Sequence record: NC_017969.1 | DNA from: Escherichia phage vB_EcoS_AKFV33 | Length of the DNA stretch: 64,000 nt | Strand: one strand, 5' to 3' | Shown: positions 58,110 through 64,000 of the stretch, one piece after another | How positions within the stretch are numbered: the stretch's first letter is position 1 | Layout: each line of letters starts with the position of its first letter | The notes under the pieces: generated by a model | What the model was told of the DNA's origin: nothing | Database searches by the model: none | The model's input: the letters and a program-made list of their open reading frames with translations, nothing else | Position numbers and translations under genes: made by a program

Positions 58110-58561
58110 TATAAGAACCTTGCGAATCCTGATTTTGTTTCAGTCTTGACTTGTGTCTTTTCTTGAGGATTCTGTAATTTGTCTTTCTGCTTTTGAACCC
58201 ACGCTTTTTGCTTATTAGCAGAAAATAAAGGAGGTTCTTTTGTGTAAACCTTATGTAATAATTGGTGATGGTGCTGGCACAATGTTACCACATCCCTAAC
58301 TAACTCATGCTCATATTTCTTGTAGAATGCTTCCCTATTTGAAAGGACGATATTCTCATCAGTGAAATCCAGCTGGAGTTCTTTAGCAAATTTTTTTATT
58401 AGCTGAGATATAGTATGATAATGGTGAAGTTCTAGGTCTTCACTACTACCACATATAGCACAGCAACCATCCTTACTATACCTAGATTTTATACCATCCC
58501 TCATTATGGAAATGGCATCACGTTTGTACTTAGTATTAGTGGCCATAATCCTCCAATCCAA
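58109..58561 (-). CDS. HNH endonuclease
   Basis: 150 aa; Cys/His-rich HNH-like blocks (CAICGSSEDLELHHYH ... CQHHHQLLH); overlaps the portal start. Confidence 0.6.
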   Translation of the reverse strand: MDWRIMATNTKYKRDAISIMRDGIKSRYSKDGCCAICGSSEDLELHHYHTISQLIKKFAKELQLDFTDENIVLSNREAFYKKYEHELVRDVVTLCQHHHQLLHKVYTKEPPLFSANKQKAWVQKQKDKLQNPQEKTQVKTETKSGFARFL

Positions 58562-59210
58562 AGCTACTTAGAAAGATTACTATATCCTCAGGAGCAACAT
58601 TAAAAAATTCCGTGCTTCCTGTAAAATTAGAAAACCCACAGTTTTTATTATAATATTCTCTGTGAACTTCCTTTTCTAAATCTAAAGCAGTCTCTCTATC
58701 TGGCAGATGATACATGGTGAACAAGTATAGGTCAGAAAATCCAGATTCTCTTTTAACTTCATTCAGCCGTTTCTCAGGGTATAAGCTTATGCCTACTTTA
58801 GTACCACTAGAGGAGGACATGATATAGAGGAATCCGCCATTCTCCCACTTAAGAGAACAATAAGGACATCTCTTACCTTGAGTCAATCCATCTAAGGTAA
58901 TTAAACAGTCATGCCCCTTATTGCAGCGTAGATGTAGTTTTGTTTTAGCATTAGTATAGCTGCTTAACAGAGTATACCCTATATTAGATATTCTGTTATT
59001 AACTTCATCTAACGATATTGTATTATTGGAGCAGTGTGGACAACCTCTCCCCATATGGAGTATAGAATGTGGTGTTGCTTCCCAAACGTGTGCTCTCTGG
59101 CATTTAAATACTGTTTTTGTACGTTGGTTTACATATTCACCGACAATTTGGATTCCACGATCAGCTAATCTAATATTTATATCTTTTATTGTTAGCTTTT
59201 GTCGACTCAT
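58536..59210 (-). CDS. T5orf172-domain protein (second paralog)
   Basis: 224 aa; same two-zinc-ribbon plus T5orf172-like architecture as 6882..7550 (shared GEYVN.RTK..F.C...H.WE, CP.CS, TK.GIS, STEFF blocks). Confidence 0.7.
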   Translation of the reverse strand: MSRQKLTIKDINIRLADRGIQIVGEYVNQRTKTVFKCQRAHVWEATPHSILHMGRGCPHCSNNTISLDEVNNRISNIGYTLLSSYTNAKTKLHLRCNKGHDCLITLDGLTQGKRCPYCSLKWENGGFLYIMSSSSGTKVGISLYPEKRLNEVKRESGFSDLYLFTMYHLPDRETALDLEKEVHREYYNKNCGFSNFTGSTEFFNVAPEDIVIFLSSFGLEDYGH

Positions 59211-59381
59211 AGAATCTCCTACACCCCATGTAGAGCATTAATTTTTCTTGTTTACGTTCTATTATGGGAGAAGTTCTCCCGATCAATGAATATAGTATAC
59301 ATAATCGTATCGAATTTGTAAAGGGGATTTTAAAATGCAGGAATGGGATACCAACTGAGTAGTATCCCATCCTATACTTAT

Positions 59382-60698
59382 TTATTTACCACGGGAAATA
59401 GAGTAAATTCCATAGCGCAGAGCATCACAGAGGTGAGAGTTAGCATCATGACGTGGTTTTTCACGTGATAATTTTTCTTCACCTTCTTGGAAATCCCACT
59501 TGTAATTCTGCAATGCGTGAATTAATGAGGAACATGAAGCATCCACAATAATCTTGCCCTGCTGGAATAGCGCTTGCAAGCATGCTAGACCATCTAGGAC
59601 AGATTTTTTAGCTGGAGCCGATGCAATTTCATGCTCATACGCTAAGTCCTGACGGAACTGAGCTGCGGCAGAGTCAACAAAAACACGATCAACTTTATAA
59701 CGATCTATACAGTGTTGAATATACGCAGCATGCTGAGCTGTGGTTTTCTCCGCCTGCTGGTACTCTTCTAATACATAGTAAGTATCCGTATCGTAATGAT
59801 ATTTAATAGTAAGAACTGCTGTAGGATCACGATAACCAACGTCAATGCCAAGTAAGGTTTCGAATGCTTCGTCATCTTTAAAGAAGTGACGCATACCTTT
59901 GAGGTCTTTAACATGATCGATAGCGTTAAAGGTATCAAAGATCTGACCTTCGAATACAGAGAAATCAGCCTCATATTCCTGACGGAAGTAGTTTTTACTA
60001 ACTGTGCGACGTGCTTCTTCTATGTCATTCAGGTCAGCACGTGGGTTATCACGATACGTACCATGAATAGATACCCAGTTAGGCAATGTATCATCAAATC
60101 CATAGGCGTAAAACTCTTTAAACCAGTTACCACCACGAGGAGTAGAGATAAATAGAGCCTTAGAGTTTGGTTTATCTAGGGTAGGGCGCAACTGAACTCT
60201 AAAGGCATCGCCACCAACATCGGAAATTGCCGCCTCATCGAAGATGATAAAGTCATATGAACGTCCAACTGCGGAGTCAGCCTGCGCCGCAGAAGCTAGT
60301 TTAAACAGAGAACCATTAGCTAACTCAATCTCTTTATCTTTAGCGTTCTCACGTTCAGTTTGTAGGCCATACTTCTTAATAAGACCACGAATCTGAGACC
60401 ATCCGATATTGGCCAGTGAGTAGTTAGGGGCAACTACTAGCACCTTCACATTAGGTTCCAGCAATTTTAGGAACCCAAGAGTATACGCTATAAAAGACTT
60501 GCCCACACGGCGTGATACACACGCCGTTACAAAACGATGTCTAGGGTCTTCTAGAGCATTGATGATCGCTATTTGAGGACCATTAGGTGTAATACCTTCT
60601 TGTGCTAGTATTCCGGAAACAGGTAGACGAAAGAAACGTTTGTCTATTCCGAAATCAATAACATCTACTGTATTAACGTAGGGTCTTGATACTTCCAT
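59382..60698 (-). CDS. terminase large subunit
   Basis: 438 aa; Walker A-like SRRVGKS near the N-terminus; nuclease-like C-terminal half. Confidence 0.8.
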   Translation of the reverse strand: MEVSRPYVNTVDVIDFGIDKRFFRLPVSGILAQEGITPNGPQIAIINALEDPRHRFVTACVSRRVGKSFIAYTLGFLKLLEPNVKVLVVAPNYSLANIGWSQIRGLIKKYGLQTERENAKDKEIELANGSLFKLASAAQADSAVGRSYDFIIFDEAAISDVGGDAFRVQLRPTLDKPNSKALFISTPRGGNWFKEFYAYGFDDTLPNWVSIHGTYRDNPRADLNDIEEARRTVSKNYFRQEYEADFSVFEGQIFDTFNAIDHVKDLKGMRHFFKDDEAFETLLGIDVGYRDPTAVLTIKYHYDTDTYYVLEEYQQAEKTTAQHAAYIQHCIDRYKVDRVFVDSAAAQFRQDLAYEHEIASAPAKKSVLDGLACLQALFQQGKIIVDASCSSLIHALQNYKWDFQEGEEKLSREKPRHDANSHLCDALRYGIYSISRGK

Positions 60699-61180
60699 TA
60701 CTTCTTACCTCCAGTAGCCAGGGAAGTAATTAAGTCCATATAGTTTTGATCCCCAGCTCCAGCAATAATGTTATTCTGGATATTGGTCTGGTTAGCAGGA
60801 GTACGGGCTGCTGCCTTCACTTTCTCCAATTCTACCATCATTTTCATTTCTTCCATCTTCATCTTGTGTGCCTTCCAGAGAATGTCCATAATATCCTGGT
60901 CAGAACCCATGCCGGTTTCTTCTAGTTCCTCTAGTTTACGCTTAATAACTTCATCTAGAACACCAAACAAACGATCTCTGTTACGGAATCCACTTTCCAT
61001 AAAAATATCGTTTAAGTAGTTCTTAACTTCGCTACGATTCATAATATCTCGGAAAGCAATTTCGGACATTCCAAGACTACGTGCGGCAGAAGGCACATCG
61101 CTACCACACTGTAAATAAGCTTCAATTACATCCATCCCTTCAGGGGACATAAGATCTGGTACTAATACATCATTTGCCAT
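60698..61180 (-). CDS. terminase small subunit candidate
   Basis: 160 aa; HTH-like N-terminus; directly upstream of and overlapping the large subunit. Confidence 0.55.
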
Positions 61181-61190
61181 ATTTCCTCCT

Positions 61191-62948
61191 TTAGGTAAGG
61201 CGTTGAACTGTTACTCTTAATCTAGGTAGGAAAACTGCACTACCTAAACTTACGTGCATAACTACCCCTAATTCTACATTTCCATTTCCTAGATTTTTAA
61301 CTGTATATATGAAACTATTTCTACTTAGTGCATTATTAGGTGTGTATCTAAATGCAGATGTAGTATGAAAGGGTACTAAGTAACCTACAGGTAATGTTAA
61401 AATCTGGTGGAATATTGCATCTCCATTACTATAGCTATAAGCCCTTCTTCCCTGCACCTGAAATACACCGTTATTCCATGTATTAGCTGGAACACCAGCA
61501 CAATTAAGATTACCAGATATAACTTCAGTAGTAAGAATAACGGTAGCATTACCTCCTGGAATTCCTAGTCCAATAGTAGATAAAGCCACATATCTATCTC
61601 CAGTTCCTGGATAGTAAGGAGTAATATCATCCCCCATGTAAGAACTACCAACATTTCCACTAAAAAGTCTCAGAGGAACTGAAGAGGGCCCCCAAACAAC
61701 ACCATGTTCGTTACCAATAGTATTATTACTTGAGTTTACGTACCATTGCTTACCAGCTCCGAATTTGTAAATACTAATTTGAGACTTAGCCCCTCCGTGA
61801 TCTACAGGAGACCATAAACTCCCGTTACTAGAACCTACAAGTTCACACCTTGCAGTGGTATCTCCGAAGGCTCCAGTGTACGCTGCGTTATTTCCAATGA
61901 ATTCCATATCTGGCCTATAGCCTAAGTTACCAAAAGCATTTTGGTTGATAAACTTATACCCAGTATTCGGTAAACTAACCCCTTTTATAGTAAAATTAGA
62001 GGGAGAAATAAGAATATCTGAACCAGTAAAAGGATTACCAGAAATACCCATATTACCATTAGAATACCTCAGATTAAGTACATACCAAATAACCTTAGTA
62101 GGAGTTATGTTATACCAATCCTGTAATATTGTAGCATTACCAGATTGATTAGCTAAATTAGTTGTAGAACCTCTACAAACAAATCTATTACCCCCATCAT
62201 GATACATAGTATTTACATTACCAGGAAGACCTTGTCTTACCCCACCATACCCACGTATATTAGAGCTACAAACATAAAACCAATCGTGTCCTCTGTATGC
62301 TGATCCTAAAGGAGACATCCATCCTGGGTCCCAGTAATATTGGTTATTACCATCTATAGGTACTGTACTACTATTAGTAGGAAAACCCAGCTGTGCAAAA
62401 GCTTCTGCAACAGTAATACCTACTGGAGCTCCTGCACCTGGCCTAACTATACCATGATAAGTACTATGTAGGGTGGTTCCACCAGTACCATTTCTAGAGA
62501 TAGATTCTTCATGCCCTATAGATGGGTTATAGTTATATGTTCCAGATGCCAGGCTATTACCAAATGCAAATCCACTAGTTTGGGAAACGCTAGCAAAAGA
62601 TCTAAAGGGGTCTGCTTGAGTAGCAACTATAGTTTGACCTACCTTACTCTGAGTACCATTAAGAAAAGCCCTATGAGTACCATTAATCTCAATAGCAGTT
62701 AGTATAACTCTACCTGGGTCATTAGATTTAATATTTATTATGTCAGAGGGCATCTGACATACAAAAAACCCATTTCCAGCATCACCTAACCCAGCCTCAT
62801 AAGTACCATCAACTAGGACAAATGGCATATCACTATGAAAAATACTATTATTATTTGGACTATAGTGACTATTAATGTCACCACCAGATTCAGTATTTAA
62901 AGATAGTACGGTCTTACCATCGCTATATTTTCCAGCGAAAAAACCCAT
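61191..62948 (-). CDS. receptor-binding tail protein (pb5-like)
   Basis: 585 aa, Gly/Asn/Ser-rich; transcribed divergently from an llp-like lipoprotein gene, the arrangement I recall for T5 oad/llp. Confidence 0.55.
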
Positions 62949-62973
62949 ATAATCTCCTATTATAAAAATGTAT

Positions 62974-63002
62974 TTGCTTTCATCCCTCTATTTTGCTATA
63001 AT
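62974..63002 (+). promoter_or_regulatory. T5-type early promoter (TTGCTT-17-TATAAT) for llp
   Basis: Consensus elements followed by the AGATTCATAAATTAGAAATGGAGAG leader and the llp ATG at 63034. Confidence 0.8.
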
Positions 63003-63033
63003 AGATTCATAAATTAGAAATGGAGAGATAAAT

Positions 63034-63300
63034 ATGAAAAAGTTTGTGATTGCACTAGTTGCCGCAGTTATGTTATCTGGTTGTGCACCTGCTCCTAAAC
63101 CATTTTGTACGGGATTTGTAAAATCTTTTGGCGGTGCGGGAGAAGAACATTACGGTCTCAAGGTTCAAAAAGTTCGTATTAAGGGAGATCGCTTTCCAGT
63201 AGTACAGCTCCGTACTAAGTTTGGGTGGTGGGATCTCAGTCAGTTTGACCTTAAATATGGTGATTGTAAATTTAAACTAGAGCAATCTAACTACCTGTAA
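63034..63300 (+). CDS. llp: receptor-blocking lipoprotein (Llp-like, superinfection exclusion)
   Basis: 88 aa; signal peptide with lipobox (VMLSGC); small, divergent from the receptor-binding protein gene. Confidence 0.7.
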   Translation: MKKFVIALVAAVMLSGCAPAPKPFCTGFVKSFGGAGEEHYGLKVQKVRIKGDRFPVVQLRTKFGWWDLSQFDLKYGDCKFKLEQSNYL

Positions 63301-63477
63301 TTAGTATAAAGCAAAAAGACATCTAAGTAAACTAAATTTTTTATTTCTTGGATGGTATATTGGCAGAAAACACTATGCAAGAAAGTGAAAAGTCCTTCTA
63401 GGAAGTCACGAGCATGGTTGGTTATGCACAAACTATAAAATATTTTAAAATAGCATATTTACAGGAGTATGAAAGAT

Positions 63478-63606
63478 ATGTCAAATAAAAGAAAGAACAG
63501 ACGCGGAGAAGTGTACGAAGCGTGGATTAATATTTATGGATTTGGTTTTGTATTATTCCTAATCTTCGTAGGCTTTTGGTTAGCAGCTATGGCGGGGTGG
63601 ATATAA
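63478..63606 (+). CDS. small membrane protein
   Basis: 42 aa, below the track cutoff; AGGAG Shine-Dalgarno 8 nt upstream; basic N-terminus then one transmembrane helix. Confidence 0.45.
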   Translation: MSNKRKNRRGEVYEAWINIYGFGFVLFLIFVGFWLAAMAGWI

Positions 63607-63710
63607 TGGGAGTAATAATTATTGTTTTATTAGTTGTGGTAATTCTAGGGCAGTGTGTCTTGGATAACCACTTAGCTCGTATTGAACGTAAGCTACGGGA
63701 ATATAAATAA
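63606..63710 (+). CDS. small membrane protein
   Basis: 34 aa; start overlaps the previous stop (TAATG); hydrophobic N-terminal helix and basic C-terminus. Confidence 0.4.
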   Translation: MGVIIIVLLVVVILGQCVLDNHLARIERKLREYK

Positions 63711-63955
63711 TGTTTAGTATTATAATTGCTTTTATTATCGGGATACTCGCGGGAGTTTTCGGGACGACTGCGGCAATCAATAAGCATCGGGAATATATTG
63801 CGGGGGTGACGCGGGAGATTGCGGAAAGGGAGCGGAAGTTTGACGAGAAACGTGCGGAGTTTGAGAGAGAATGGTCGGATGGATCTCGGGCGTCGCGGAA
63901 GAGATTTCGTGAGTTTAAACCTGAACATCGTTTTGATGACCCTTCTATGCGCTAA
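63710..63955 (+). CDS. small membrane protein
   Basis: 81 aa; start overlaps the previous stop (TAATG); N-terminal transmembrane helix and Arg/Glu-rich C-terminus. Confidence 0.45.
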   Translation: MFSIIIAFIIGILAGVFGTTAAINKHREYIAGVTREIAERERKFDEKRAEFEREWSDGSRASRKRFREFKPEHRFDDPSMR

Positions 63956-64000
63956 TTTGACTTTTTGCCAAATTTCATAAGATTACACATGGAGGTGTGT

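Noticed and set aside
1-64000. tRNA genes, integrase, transposase or lysogeny module
   Set aside because: I scanned intergenic regions for tRNA T-loop-like sequence and cloverleaf potential and found none; no integrase, repressor or transposase-like ORF was seen; the content is consistent with a strictly lytic phage.

Overview
The window reads as a contiguous 64 kb segment of a T5-like lytic coliphage genome (Tequintavirus-like, Demerecviridae), identified from gene content, gene order and promoters; no database search was run. Positions 1-6536 carry a minus-strand nucleotide-metabolism block (thyA, DHFR, nrdB, HNH endonuclease, nrdA, phoH). Positions 6882-34895 carry plus-strand early genes: nrdD, a sirtuin-like accessory operon, a 929 aa helicase-like protein, a split NAD-dependent ligase, DnaB-like helicase, primase, family A DNA polymerase, D10-like helicase, SbcCD-like nuclease, flap endonuclease and dUTPase. 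The early genes are driven by a family of consensus sigma70 promoters, one of which matches the T5 PN25 promoter as I recall it. A bidirectional terminator near 34.9 kb separates them from the minus-strand late region (35271-62948): a two-part L-shaped tail fiber, tail tip and baseplate proteins, tape measure, tail tube, capsid proteins, portal, terminase and a pb5-like receptor-binding protein. A divergent lipoprotein gene (llp-like) and three overlapping small membrane ORFs end the window. I found no tRNA, CRISPR array, integrase or transposase. Most of this is ordinary T5-like biology; I could not identify a clearly novel system with confidence. The candidates worth a second look are the Zn-module-less sirtuin-like operon, five free-standing endonuclease-like genes with atypical codon usage, the two-part tail fiber, a recurring terminator-then-start module in the late region, a 530 bp promoter-containing non-coding region, and the small membrane ORF trio after llp.
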